IMG/VR virus record: IMGVR_UViG_3300008120_000059
Span: 1-64,000 of that record
Strand: one strand, 5' to 3'
DNA: 64,000 bases
Origin: a virus
Taxonomy: Duplodnaviria > Heunggongvirae > Uroviricota > Caudoviricetes
Both the position numbers and the translations under genes were made by a program. The stretch's first letter is position 1, and each line of letters starts with the position of its first letter. Shown here piece after piece: positions 34,634 through 44,438 of the stretch. The notes under the pieces are model-generated. The model was given only the letters and a program-made list of their open reading frames with translations. It was not told the DNA's origin and searched no databases.

Positions 34634-35962
34634 TTACGCTAAAGATTTGATTTTTGGACTGGCACCTCTTTCGTAACCATCTACAACTTTGGCAACCAAA
34701 GTACCAGTACCCCAAGTCTTAAGTGATTCACACTTAGCAATTTCCGCAGCACCAATATCATTTACCAAACCATCAACAATACAAGTATAAAGACCATTTC
34801 TCAATGTTTTGATGGTTGCTTTCATACCGTCTTCTAAAGATTTGTAATTTTTAACACCAACACTATTTGCGTTAGTGGAACCCGGTAAATCCCATGTGGT
34901 ATTAAATGGATTATATTTTCCACCCGAACCTTCTGACTGTCTCCAAGCGTATAAGAATTTTAAGTTTTCCTCACTTTCGGGTGCACCTAAATTTTCAAGT
35001 AGTTTTTTATAAAAATTGATGTCCGTTAAACCGTCAACATTGATTTGTGAATTTTTAGCCGCTTGGTCAAGGTATTGTTTTAACTCTTCGGATTTAACAC
35101 CTTTAGCTTTTAATAATTCCAATAACTTATTTAACATTTCAGGTGTGGCATTTTCAGAAGTACCACTACTAGAAGATGATTTACCACCATATTGTAAATG
35201 AAAATGACCACCAGTTGCGGCTTTGGTTGGATTGGTGTATTCATCTATGTATGAAAAATTACCATCACTACTTTTTGTTGAGTTGAGTAATTTTATAAAA
35301 TCGGAAGCGTTTTTTGAATTATATGGATTTAAAACCAAATCAATTGCATTTCCTTTGGTGTGTTGACTTACGTAATTTAAATTATGGTGGAATTTATCGT
35401 TACCTGCGGTTATGGTAACCTCAACATCAGGATTACTTTGACTGTACTTGTCAAGAATTTGACTAACAATATCTGTGAGTTTGTCATTAATAGAACCACC
35501 ACTGGTTAACTCATTACCTTTTTCGGTGTAACCTAAATCATCTAATTTATCTCTTAATGAATCGGCACTTTCTTTGATTACAGAATTATCTGATTTGAAT
35601 TTTCTAACAGCACTTGCGGTTTCAGGACCAAATAAACCATCAACACCAAATTTAGGTAACTCATAACCCAAGAGTATTAAACCAATTTGCATAGTTTCGA
35701 CACCTTTTTGATATTCCATAGAACCTCTTGGTTGTTCTGATAACCCACCCTGAGCTGCGGTATCTTCTAATGTCTTATAAAATTCTGCAACGTCAGGTGA
35801 AACTAAGTCCGCCTTTTTGGGGTCGTCTATTTTTTTTTCGTCTTTTTTACCTAACCCAATTTTACCCAATAAATCATCGATAAAATTTTCATTTACCATT
35901 GATTTACCGTAGGTAATTTCATGGATTCGTTGTAATTCTTCTTGTAGTGTGGGTTTTTTCAT
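34634..35962 (-). CDS. peptidoglycan hydrolase: PG-binding domain plus peptidase M15 (VanY/D-Ala-D-Ala carboxypeptidase-like)
   Basis: LGYELPKFGVDGLFGPETASAVRKFK (PG_binding_1-like); H..GNAIDLV and GGHFHLQYGG metal-binding blocks. Confidence 0.65.
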   Translation of the reverse strand: MKKPTLQEELQRIHEITYGKSMVNENFIDDLLGKIGLGKKDEKKIDDPKKADLVSPDVAEFYKTLEDTAAQGGLSEQPRGSMEYQKGVETMQIGLILLGYELPKFGVDGLFGPETASAVRKFKSDNSVIKESADSLRDKLDDLGYTEKGNELTSGGSINDKLTDIVSQILDKYSQSNPDVEVTITAGNDKFHHNLNYVSQHTKGNAIDLVLNPYNSKNASDFIKLLNSTKSSDGNFSYIDEYTNPTKAATGGHFHLQYGGKSSSSSGTSENATPEMLNKLLELLKAKGVKSEELKQYLDQAAKNSQINVDGLTDINFYKKLLENLGAPESEENLKFLYAWRQSEGSGGKYNPFNTTWDLPGSTNANSVGVKNYKSLEDGMKATIKTLRNGLYTCIVDGLVNDIGAAEIAKCESLKTWGTGTLVAKVVDGYERGASPKIKSLA

Positions 35963-36013
35963 TAAAACAATTCTATACTTAAATAAATATCCCTACGTTT
36001 AGAAACGGTGTAA

Positions 36014-36586
36014 TTAAGTAAGGTAATCGATAATCTTTTGTTTTATACCAGATTGTTTGATACCTAAAGTAGATGATGGAGTTAATACAAAATTATCTAA
36101 ACCCCAATCTTTCCAGTCCTCTCCATTTTTACCCATATCCAAATCATCAACAGAAACCCAATGAGTAACTTCAGGGTGGTCGTGTAAAAATTGTTTAATC
36201 TCGATAACGCGAGTCATCTCCAAATCCCATCTCGGTGACCAAACCCATACTTTATCATTATACCAATTACACTGACCTAAATTAGGTGTGAGAGCGATTG
36301 GTTTTTTAGAGATACCTTTTGATTCGTAGTATTCACCCATTTCTTCGAGATTTGCCCACCTCTTCCAATCAGATGACGTTACAATTTCCGCACCTGTTTT
36401 TTCGATGATTTGGTTTAATACCTTAACCGCTTTTTGATTGAAATTATCAAATCGGTATTCTAGTGGCATTTCTGATGTTGTCATAGATAATTTACGACCA
36501 CCCCATTTTTCTTGTTTCTTGAATCGACCACCCCATTCTGACGACAAACAAATTACACCGTCGTGGTCTAAAAATATAACTTTCAT
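36014..36586 (-). CDS. HAD-superfamily hydrolase-like protein
   Basis: N-terminal VIFLDHDGVI (DxDGV) motif. Confidence 0.5.
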   Translation of the reverse strand: MKVIFLDHDGVICLSSEWGGRFKKQEKWGGRKLSMTTSEMPLEYRFDNFNQKAVKVLNQIIEKTGAEIVTSSDWKRWANLEEMGEYYESKGISKKPIALTPNLGQCNWYNDKVWVWSPRWDLEMTRVIEIKQFLHDHPEVTHWVSVDDLDMGKNGEDWKDWGLDNFVLTPSSTLGIKQSGIKQKIIDYLT

Positions 36587-37269
36587 TTATTGAATCTTTT
36601 AAATATTTTAATAAAGTCTGACGAATATTTTTCATAGACAGAATCTTTCCATTCATGATGTTTACCTGTTGACATGTATGCTTGAATCTCGTCATCAATA
36701 ATCGTTTTGTCGTCAGAATATCCACCTTTAATTAAAACTTTTTTCAAATGTTCATAATCTCTATGATTAATATCTCCAATTAAATAATCGACCTCAACTT
36801 TGTATTGTGGGTTTGTATAATAAAATCCGTGAGCTATTTCATGATTCATTACACCACTTTTTACTTTATCAGCGCCGATAAGATACCAAGAATGTTGTTC
36901 ACCACGATTCTTTATTCTACACTCTCTTTCACAGTATTCAATAATTTCATACATAGTATAATCATATTGGGTTCGAGGTAAACCAAACGTATTTTTTGCC
37001 TCTAAAAGAACTTTCGAGGGTATATTATAACCAGTCCAATCGCTTGGATACGTAAAATGAGGTTTTTTATTTGTATCAATGTACAACTTCATGTATTGTT
37101 CTAAAGTGAAAAACTTACCTCTAATCTGTGGGTATGGAGATTCGTAAAATTCTTGGTATCTACAAAACAAGCTAGACCTATCATATTGGTTTTTAACGAT
37201 AACAGCAAATATGAAAGGTTTTATTTCTCTCACTTCACCTTCAATTAATGAATTTGAAATACGCATCAT
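36583..37269 (-). CDS. hypothetical protein with HExxH motif (possible zinc metallopeptidase)
   Basis: VMNHEIAHGFYY. Confidence 0.4.
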   Translation of the reverse strand: MMRISNSLIEGEVREIKPFIFAVIVKNQYDRSSLFCRYQEFYESPYPQIRGKFFTLEQYMKLYIDTNKKPHFTYPSDWTGYNIPSKVLLEAKNTFGLPRTQYDYTMYEIIEYCERECRIKNRGEQHSWYLIGADKVKSGVMNHEIAHGFYYTNPQYKVEVDYLIGDINHRDYEHLKKVLIKGGYSDDKTIIDDEIQAYMSTGKHHEWKDSVYEKYSSDFIKIFKRFNK

Positions 37270-37327
37270 TTTAAGATTTTTTAGTAAATATAACTATTTT
37301 TTTTCAAATTATCACTATATTTGACTT

Positions 37328-37795
37328 GTGAATATATTCTTTCTTGATAAAGATGTAAAAAAATGTGCCGAATATCATTGCGACAAACACGTTGTGAAAA
37401 TGATATTGGAAACTGCACAACTTTTGTGTGGGGCTCATCACATGACCGAACAAGTAACCGGTCAAGTACCGTACAAGTTGTCACATAAAAATCACCCGTG
37501 TTCAATATGGGTAAGAGAATCCTTGACAAACTATCTAATACTCTGTGAATTGGGTTTAGAACTTTGTAAAGAGTACACTTACCGTTATGGTAAACGTCAT
37601 AAATCTCAAGAAGTTATTGAGTGGTGTGTCACAAATAAATTAAAAATTTGTGACAAAGGTTTGACTACACCACCAAAAGCAATGCCAATAGAGTATAAAA
37701 CAGATTGTGTGATTGAATCTTACAGAAACTACTACAGGGGTGCAAAATCAAAATTCACAACATGGAAAAATAGAGATGTACCTCCTTGGTTTTAG
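37328..37795 (+). CDS. hypothetical protein (155 aa)
   Basis: Lone plus-strand ORF in the minus block. Confidence 0.45.
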   Translation: MNIFFLDKDVKKCAEYHCDKHVVKMILETAQLLCGAHHMTEQVTGQVPYKLSHKNHPCSIWVRESLTNYLILCELGLELCKEYTYRYGKRHKSQEVIEWCVTNKLKICDKGLTTPPKAMPIEYKTDCVIESYRNYYRGAKSKFTTWKNRDVPPWF

Positions 37796-37992
37796 TAGAA
37801 ATTTTGTTCGGTATGTTGTTTATTATCGTCCCAAGTATAATCATTATCTGATTCATAATTCTCCTGAATTATTTCATCATTTACAATTGGGTTATCTTCT
37901 TTAATGACCTGATTATTAATTTCTTTTGGACTTTTCATGAAAATAAATATTAAGGTCCGACAAAATATTTTGACCTCCAAAATTGATACCAT
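37792..37992 (-). CDS. hypothetical protein (66 aa)
   Basis: ORF. Confidence 0.3.
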   Translation of the reverse strand: MVSILEVKIFCRTLIFIFMKSPKEINNQVIKEDNPIVNDEIIQENYESDNDYTWDDNKQHTEQNFY

Positions 37993-38417
37993 TTTCTCTT
38001 TTGGATTGGTTTACATTTTGAGAACGGATTGTCCCCAAAATTTACTCTTCCTTGATATCTTGAAGATAAAACATTTAAAAATATTTCATGGTATTCAGGT
38101 GGTATAGTATTAAAGTCTGCCTTTATTTCAACTCGTAAAGAAACTGGTCCCTCATCGTGTTGAACTACCAAATAATCATTTAGGGTGATTATTGTTGATT
38201 TTCTAATATTAATCCATTCACCACTAATACCAATATCCTGATTGTTTTCATTTGATGGGTCAACAACTATCATCTCTTCTTCTTTTTGTGGTTCGACTTT
38301 TTGTTTTGTCTTATTCTGTCTCATTTGATAATATGTGGTCAAATTCTTCGGCAGCTTTTGGGTTTCTTTCATAGAACATATCATACGCCATCGCGAACCT
38401 ATTATATTCAGTTTCAA
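37950..38417 (-). CDS. hypothetical protein (155 aa)
   Basis: ORF. Confidence 0.45.
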   Translation of the reverse strand: MKLNIIGSRWRMICSMKETQKLPKNLTTYYQMRQNKTKQKVEPQKEEEMIVVDPSNENNQDIGISGEWINIRKSTIITLNDYLVVQHDEGPVSLRVEIKADFNTIPPEYHEIFLNVLSSRYQGRVNFGDNPFSKCKPIQKRKWYQFWRSKYFVGP

Positions 38418-38583
38418 ATAAAAATAGATAGGTTTGTAAACTATCCATTTCCTGTTTGGTTCTTGATAGTTCCGTTTTTAATTTATTTTCTCTATGTATG
38501 GATTTTTGGAGAAGAATACCCATAGAGATGGCAAACAACATGGTGAGTACCAAATAAAATTTGATATCTTGAATGAATTTCAT
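38311..38583 (-). CDS. small membrane-anchored protein (90 aa)
   Basis: N-terminal TM helix. Confidence 0.4.
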   Translation of the reverse strand: MKFIQDIKFYLVLTMLFAISMGILLQKSIHRENKLKTELSRTKQEMDSLQTYLFLFETEYNRFAMAYDMFYERNPKAAEEFDHILSNETE

Positions 38584-38824
38584 GGTTAATACAATTTAAA
38601 AGATTTCTTCCGCGATACCGAGTATCTCCGCCACAAAAAATAAAATTGCCGCAGTTTCTAAATTGGTAAAAAATAAGAAATAACAAGCCACGATTCTCAA
38701 ACCTGACTTGGCCAAACTTATATTGAAGTGAGAATTAGATTTTGATTCTTTTGGTTCCATGATTAAGGGGTTTTACCAACCAAATATAGAAAAGAAAAAT
38801 TTGATTTCCAAAAAAATCCTAAAA

Positions 38825-40228
38825 TTATTTTGAAATATATTCATATTTTTCTTTAGTCCATGTCATATTGGAATATTTCATCATTTTTTTTGATATTTCA
38901 TTTATTGCGGGATTGAAATAAGACTCAACAGGACTATTGGCCTTACCAAAAGACATTATCAAACTACCTTTTTTATATTCTAAATTAATCTTTGTTCGAT
39001 TACATTTCATGGAAAGATAGATATAGACCACACCTTTGCTGAATTGTTTAGACATACAATTTTTCATCATAAATCCTTCAGTGAAAAAATCCTCTTCGGT
39101 TTTGAGTATTTTGGTTTGAAAAACTTTATTGTCAATTATAATGTCAGATTCTATTTCATTTATGAACTCCTCATTAAATGAATATCTTGTTTTGTAACCC
39201 CTTTTAAAATGATTTTTTATGTTTTCAAATTTATTTAAAAGTAATTCTACAGAGTCGGAATCGCTCGCATTAAATTTACAGGGGATATTTTTGGATTCTA
39301 TGAATTCTCGAAGATTCATTAATTTGTTCACCAACTCAACAAAATTATCTTTATATAGGTTTGTGGTTTCCCAATCATTAATAACCTTGACCATCATGGA
39401 TTTTTCTTTATCATTTTTCAAAGTGTGGAATTTTCTGAAATTAGAATTACGTTTTACAATGTCGTGCCACTTAGTTTGTCTTAAATAATCAACGTAACCA
39501 TCACCAAAAAGTTTACATAGAAAGCTTAGACTTTTAATATTCACATCAAAGTTTTGTGGTTTATTTAATTCAGCAATCAAGTACTTTGATTTAATTCCAT
39601 ACGAATCTAAAATAGAAGGTAAAAATTTATTATCATTTAATTTTAACCATTTTTTCTGTGGATACTCTTGTTGAATTGTGGTGTAAACAGTATCATGGTA
39701 TTTTATATTTTTCTTTGATAAATGAAAATCAACTAACAAATCATATAGTGGATTAATATAGCATTTCTCTTGATAATTCTTTTCAATATTAAAATTTGAC
39801 TCAGATTGTATTTTGGATATTAAAATATTAATAATGTCCTGAATTGATTTATTATACCTTTTACCCCAATAATCTTTTCTCTTTTCACCCTTGTACATGC
39901 CGTTTTCTATTAGTGCAAGTATTGAATCAAAATTATTCTTCTTTCTATTATTTTTACTTCTACCTTTATCACCTTCACTCACTGAATAGTTTGATAATTG
40001 GTAGTAAGTATTTATGTCCCCGTTTTTTAAATTAACCGTGAACCCGTGATGGATGGTAAGGATGTTTTTTATTCCGTATCGTAAATAATCGAAAGAAAAA
40101 TCCGCGATATAGTGTATCAAACTATCATATTGATACAACTGTAATTCACAAATCGAAACCGAATTGTTCGTTTTGGATTTTTTGTTTTGATAATGTCTAA
40201 GTAACAAATCCATGTATAAAATATACAT
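38825..40228 (-). CDS. large Lys/Asn-rich protein, paralog A (467 aa)
   Basis: Shares SILDSYGI(K/N)SK, Cx-CxLxG-Y-YL and ILKxEE-EG-M-C blocks with adjacent ORF 40252..42087. Confidence 0.55.
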   Translation of the reverse strand: MYILYMDLLLRHYQNKKSKTNNSVSICELQLYQYDSLIHYIADFSFDYLRYGIKNILTIHHGFTVNLKNGDINTYYQLSNYSVSEGDKGRSKNNRKKNNFDSILALIENGMYKGEKRKDYWGKRYNKSIQDIINILISKIQSESNFNIEKNYQEKCYINPLYDLLVDFHLSKKNIKYHDTVYTTIQQEYPQKKWLKLNDNKFLPSILDSYGIKSKYLIAELNKPQNFDVNIKSLSFLCKLFGDGYVDYLRQTKWHDIVKRNSNFRKFHTLKNDKEKSMMVKVINDWETTNLYKDNFVELVNKLMNLREFIESKNIPCKFNASDSDSVELLLNKFENIKNHFKRGYKTRYSFNEEFINEIESDIIIDNKVFQTKILKTEEDFFTEGFMMKNCMSKQFSKGVVYIYLSMKCNRTKINLEYKKGSLIMSFGKANSPVESYFNPAINEISKKMMKYSNMTWTKEKYEYISK

Positions 40229-40251
40229 GGACTAAATTTAATTATGTAGTA

Positions 40252-42087
40252 TTAAAACTCTATGTCACCATTCATCAGTTGTTCAAATAAATCAGGTTCT
40301 CTTTGGTTGACTTCCTTCCCATTTATTTTAACTTTCACCTTTTTAATATCAATGTGGTTCAATAATCTTTGTGACGCAAATTTTCTAACTCTTTGTTTTA
40401 ATATTTCTAATGATTCACCAAAATACTCAGGTGGTAACTTATTACAAAAATGTCTCTCCTGAATACAGTCACCTGTTTTTTTGTTAAACTCACATGTTAC
40501 TCTATCTGAACCACCGTTGGTCCTCAATGAAATTATCATTGATGATTCTTTGTTTGCGTAACTGGCAACACAGTGGTGCATAAATGTACCCTCTTCCGAA
40601 TATTCTTCTTCTCTCTTTAATATCACAGGAGAAAAAATATGATTGTCGTTCTCAAATCGAGTCTTTATTTGTTCCTCCACTAATCTCACCATTCTGTTGT
40701 CATATTGATATTCGATTGACCAACCCTTTTTGATTAATGAACATGTCTTGGATAGTTCAATGTGCTCTGTATGAAAGTCCGTGTAATTTGTTGCCCTCAT
40801 TTTTATGTTAGGGTCAAATTCACGAATCTTTTCAATCATATCGAAGTGGTCTTTTATCAAAGTGTATATACCTCGAGTAACCGACGATACTGAATGGTCT
40901 CCTGCCGGTTTGGGAATCAGGGAATTTAAAATTTTAATGATATTTTCCCTATCAACATTATCAATAAACAGGTGTCGGTGGTGATTTTTAGCACCTCTCA
41001 ATTCAAGCGGTACCATAGAATGTGCATTACCATTATCTACCATAAAAAGATTAAAACATTCACTTTTCAAAGAACCGAGGTATTTTGGATAATCCTTTCC
41101 AAGTAAATCACACATACATGAAAACTCTTGTAAATTTAATTTTGGATTTTCATGGAAAAGTTTCAAGGTAAATTTTGAATTTATTCCGTAACTATCCAAA
41201 ATAGATTGCATTAATTTTCTCTGATTCTTTTTAAGGTATTTTTCAGTTGGGTAATGTATTTTAATAAGTGGTACAAAGTCGTTTGGTGTTTTTATTTTTT
41301 TCTTTTCCGCAAAGAATTCAATAAAACTAGTTATAAAAAAATGTTTATCAAATAAGTTTCCAACGTTAGTAGGTAAGTTTGGAATGTGATTTTTAATAAC
41401 ATTTACAAATTCGTGTTCATTAAATGTGTCATCAAATTCCTTAGCGATTTTAAGATTGTTACTAAACTCTTTTTTTAAATTGAAAAGACTGTTTGAACCC
41501 AACAAGATTTCTAACGTAGTAAATGAATTTTTTCTAAATCTTTTGGATTTTATCTTTCCAAAATTCATATCCCCAATCGTAAAATCTCCCTTCTGTAAAT
41601 CAATTGTTAACGTCATTACCTTGGAAGATTTACGGAAATATTTCCAATTAAAATCACGATATCTGGTATTCTTGTAACACCTTATGTAAAGTTTACCTTC
41701 TCTAAGTTCTATTGTTCTTTCAAATGTTACAATTTGTATTGATGAGAAAGGATTCCCATAATGTCTTTTTAAATGTTTTTCACTTGTTGTGTAACAAGGT
41801 TCTTTTGTCAATTTTATGAAAGAAACGTATTCTTTTTCTTTTTCACCATAAAAATATTTTGTCCTCGCACCCTTTGATGGTCTTGGTTCCAATTTTATGG
41901 TTTCAAATTTGGTATCCCTATTTACAACGGGCTCAAGTGTCTTAACCTGTTCAGTAAATAAAAAATCATCATCCAGTTCTTTACCATCAGATACAACAAT
42001 TGGTATTGGTCTATCTTCAGACAACATACAATTATCCCTAACTAAATCTATTCTGAAATAAGAAAATCTTTGTTTGATGAGTTGCAT
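40252..42087 (-). CDS. large Lys/Asn-rich protein, paralog B (611 aa)
   Basis: Paralog of 38825..40228; C-terminal EGTFMHHCVASY block. Confidence 0.55.
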   Translation of the reverse strand: MQLIKQRFSYFRIDLVRDNCMLSEDRPIPIVVSDGKELDDDFLFTEQVKTLEPVVNRDTKFETIKLEPRPSKGARTKYFYGEKEKEYVSFIKLTKEPCYTTSEKHLKRHYGNPFSSIQIVTFERTIELREGKLYIRCYKNTRYRDFNWKYFRKSSKVMTLTIDLQKGDFTIGDMNFGKIKSKRFRKNSFTTLEILLGSNSLFNLKKEFSNNLKIAKEFDDTFNEHEFVNVIKNHIPNLPTNVGNLFDKHFFITSFIEFFAEKKKIKTPNDFVPLIKIHYPTEKYLKKNQRKLMQSILDSYGINSKFTLKLFHENPKLNLQEFSCMCDLLGKDYPKYLGSLKSECFNLFMVDNGNAHSMVPLELRGAKNHHRHLFIDNVDRENIIKILNSLIPKPAGDHSVSSVTRGIYTLIKDHFDMIEKIREFDPNIKMRATNYTDFHTEHIELSKTCSLIKKGWSIEYQYDNRMVRLVEEQIKTRFENDNHIFSPVILKREEEYSEEGTFMHHCVASYANKESSMIISLRTNGGSDRVTCEFNKKTGDCIQERHFCNKLPPEYFGESLEILKQRVRKFASQRLLNHIDIKKVKVKINGKEVNQREPDLFEQLMNGDIEF

Positions 42088-42305
42088 TTTTGATATTTTT
42101 TACAAATATACCACTTTTTTAATGATATCCATATTTATTTTTATAAAATTATTAACATGGCAGCAGGAAAAAGTTCAAAAGGTAAATCATCAAACGCATC
42201 TATAAAGGTGAATTTTGGTAAAAGAAGATTAGGTAAAGCTAAAAAATCTTTTAATAAACACGATAAAAGTGAGAAAAACTACCGTGGACAGGGTAGGAGA
42301 ACTAA

Positions 42306-42617
42306 TTAAAAAATACTCCCCAATAACCCAATTAAAGTATAAGATAACTTATACCCTGTGAACGCACCCAATGCCGAAGGGATTGGGAAAACTATCAACT
42401 TACCTAAATCTGTAACGTACTTTGGTCGATTAACTATCCGACCCATGTAATAATAGTAGACAATATAACCGATAAGAACAGCAAAGTCGGTTCTTGTTGC
42501 AATAAAAACAACAAGTGTCGCTCCGATGAAACCGAAAGTAAAATTGTCTCTAATTCCTTCCCATATCTCATAAGTTGTAGCATTTTTATATTCTTTTACG
42601 ATTTTACGGAGCTTCAC
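42306..42617 (-). CDS. membrane protein (103 aa)
   Basis: Three hydrophobic helices. Confidence 0.45.
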   Translation of the reverse strand: MKLRKIVKEYKNATTYEIWEGIRDNFTFGFIGATLVVFIATRTDFAVLIGYIVYYYYMGRIVNRPKYVTDLGKLIVFPIPSALGAFTGYKLSYTLIGLLGSIF

Positions 42618-42636
42618 TTGTTGTTATTTTATGTTA

Positions 42637-44013
42637 TTACTTATCAGAATTCAAGTTACCTTGAATTGACCATGTGAAATCTAATTTAACATCATTCTTA
42701 AATAACGATGTGTCCATCATATCAATGTATTGATTTGTGGTGTATCCATTCTTACCCGTCATAGTCGACAATGCGTGACATGACATACAGTTTGTTTGCA
42801 TTCCATACACAAAATCAGGTCTGAATTTGTTTTGTAAACTGAAAACTTTTGGACCAAATCCACCCTCTAAATAAGGATTGAAAGCAAGTATCGGTCTAGC
42901 GTTGTTGTCAGAACCGCCACTCACAGGTTGATTCGGCCAAACCATTGCGTATGCTGTACTAACTGCGTAGTGTGAAGCGGCGCCTTTAAGTTCTTTAGGT
43001 CTAAGACCTGCTTCAAATTTAGAACTTGGTGAAGGAGGGTTAGACGGGTCAGGGCACCAAAAATAAGTTTGCCATGTCCAATTTTTAAATTCTTTTGTTG
43101 TTACGTGCATGGCTACCAACAACACATAGTCACCTTCGATAAATTGTCTACTTGGTGTAGTTCCAACGTCTTGGTGACTATTGAGATAGTCCGCACCTAC
43201 TCTATCAATTTTATAATTAATAAAATCATTTACGTTACAGGTCGCATCTTTAATTTGTTCCTCTGTGGGATTTGATGTTGTTACAGGTACTAACTTTTTA
43301 TTCGGTTCCTGTTTATTATTAACATCGGCGTAAACCCATTGTTGCCATTCATTATATCTATACGCTTTGGCCGGATTTGGTGATACCCAAACAGGTACTC
43401 TAATCAAACCGTTTTTACTTGGTACACCAGCATAATATGTTGGTTTGGTGGTGATTGAAGTATTAGGAAATTCAGGTACCGCACCAATTCCATCTTTTAC
43501 CAAATATTTGTTCAATGACGATTGATTAAATAATTTGTTTGATGTTGCAAAATGTGCCGCAGATGGGTCATAAGAAACTGTTTCCAACACAGTGAAGTTT
43601 GTGTCAATCTTTTGTCCCGCGAAAAGTTTACCATGTACAAATTGTTTCGGGATGTTAAGTTCAGTTCTGTTTGATTTTTCCATTGAACTTGAAACTTGAC
43701 CCTGTGCAGACATTGCAGATAGTTCTTGAACACCCATCCAAGTTTCAAAAACCAACAATGTTTGACCATTGTATTTTTGTTTTGTTGGTTGAGTAAGTCC
43801 AGCCCAAATACCCCACGCGTGATTTACAATACTGGTTGTATCTTGATTCTCTAACCATCCGTAAATTTTCGTAGAGTCTTCAGGAAAATTGAATCCCGAA
43901 ATACCTAAGTCCGTTGGGAACTCTTGTGGTTTAATTGTTTTACTCGTGTCAGAACATGAGTATACGATTGTAAACAATCCTAAAATTAATAATAGTGTTT
44001 TTGTAATTTTCAT
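42637..44013 (-). CDS. secreted lipoprotein with single CxxCH motif (458 aa)
   Basis: MKITKTLLLILGLFTIVYSCSD lipobox; NCMSCHA near C-terminus (heme c attachment consensus). Confidence 0.5.
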   Translation of the reverse strand: MKITKTLLLILGLFTIVYSCSDTSKTIKPQEFPTDLGISGFNFPEDSTKIYGWLENQDTTSIVNHAWGIWAGLTQPTKQKYNGQTLLVFETWMGVQELSAMSAQGQVSSSMEKSNRTELNIPKQFVHGKLFAGQKIDTNFTVLETVSYDPSAAHFATSNKLFNQSSLNKYLVKDGIGAVPEFPNTSITTKPTYYAGVPSKNGLIRVPVWVSPNPAKAYRYNEWQQWVYADVNNKQEPNKKLVPVTTSNPTEEQIKDATCNVNDFINYKIDRVGADYLNSHQDVGTTPSRQFIEGDYVLLVAMHVTTKEFKNWTWQTYFWCPDPSNPPSPSSKFEAGLRPKELKGAASHYAVSTAYAMVWPNQPVSGGSDNNARPILAFNPYLEGGFGPKVFSLQNKFRPDFVYGMQTNCMSCHALSTMTGKNGYTTNQYIDMMDTSLFKNDVKLDFTWSIQGNLNSDK

Positions 44014-44017
44014 TTTT

Positions 44018-44266
44018 TTATTTGTTTTTATTTTTATTTTCTATAACTATGAACTTATTTATTTCGTGAAGAACTTCGGCAGTATCATATCTTACACTAT
44101 AAACCACGTCCCATATTGTTCTATCATTATAAGAAGGGTGTAATCTTGATTGGGCCCATTTTTTGGCTTTATTAAAATCCTCTACTGACCATTTTACTGG
44201 TTCAACTATTGTTGGGGAATTTAAACGCCTAAGTTTCATCAATAGCAGTTTTAAAAATTTAATCAT
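44018..44266 (-). CDS. hypothetical protein (82 aa)
   Basis: ORF. Confidence 0.4.
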   Translation of the reverse strand: MIKFLKLLLMKLRRLNSPTIVEPVKWSVEDFNKAKKWAQSRLHPSYNDRTIWDVVYSVRYDTAEVLHEINKFIVIENKNKNK

Positions 44267-44438
44267 CTATATTTTTCAATTATCTGTTATGTTTTGGTGT
44301 ATAACCAATAACCAATTGATAACTAAACCAACCAATTATTAATTCATAATCACCATTTAACCAACTGTTATATGTTATTTTAACATATGGTAAAATATAA
44401 GATTGATATACAACTTTGTCAATACTTATTTTCATAGT

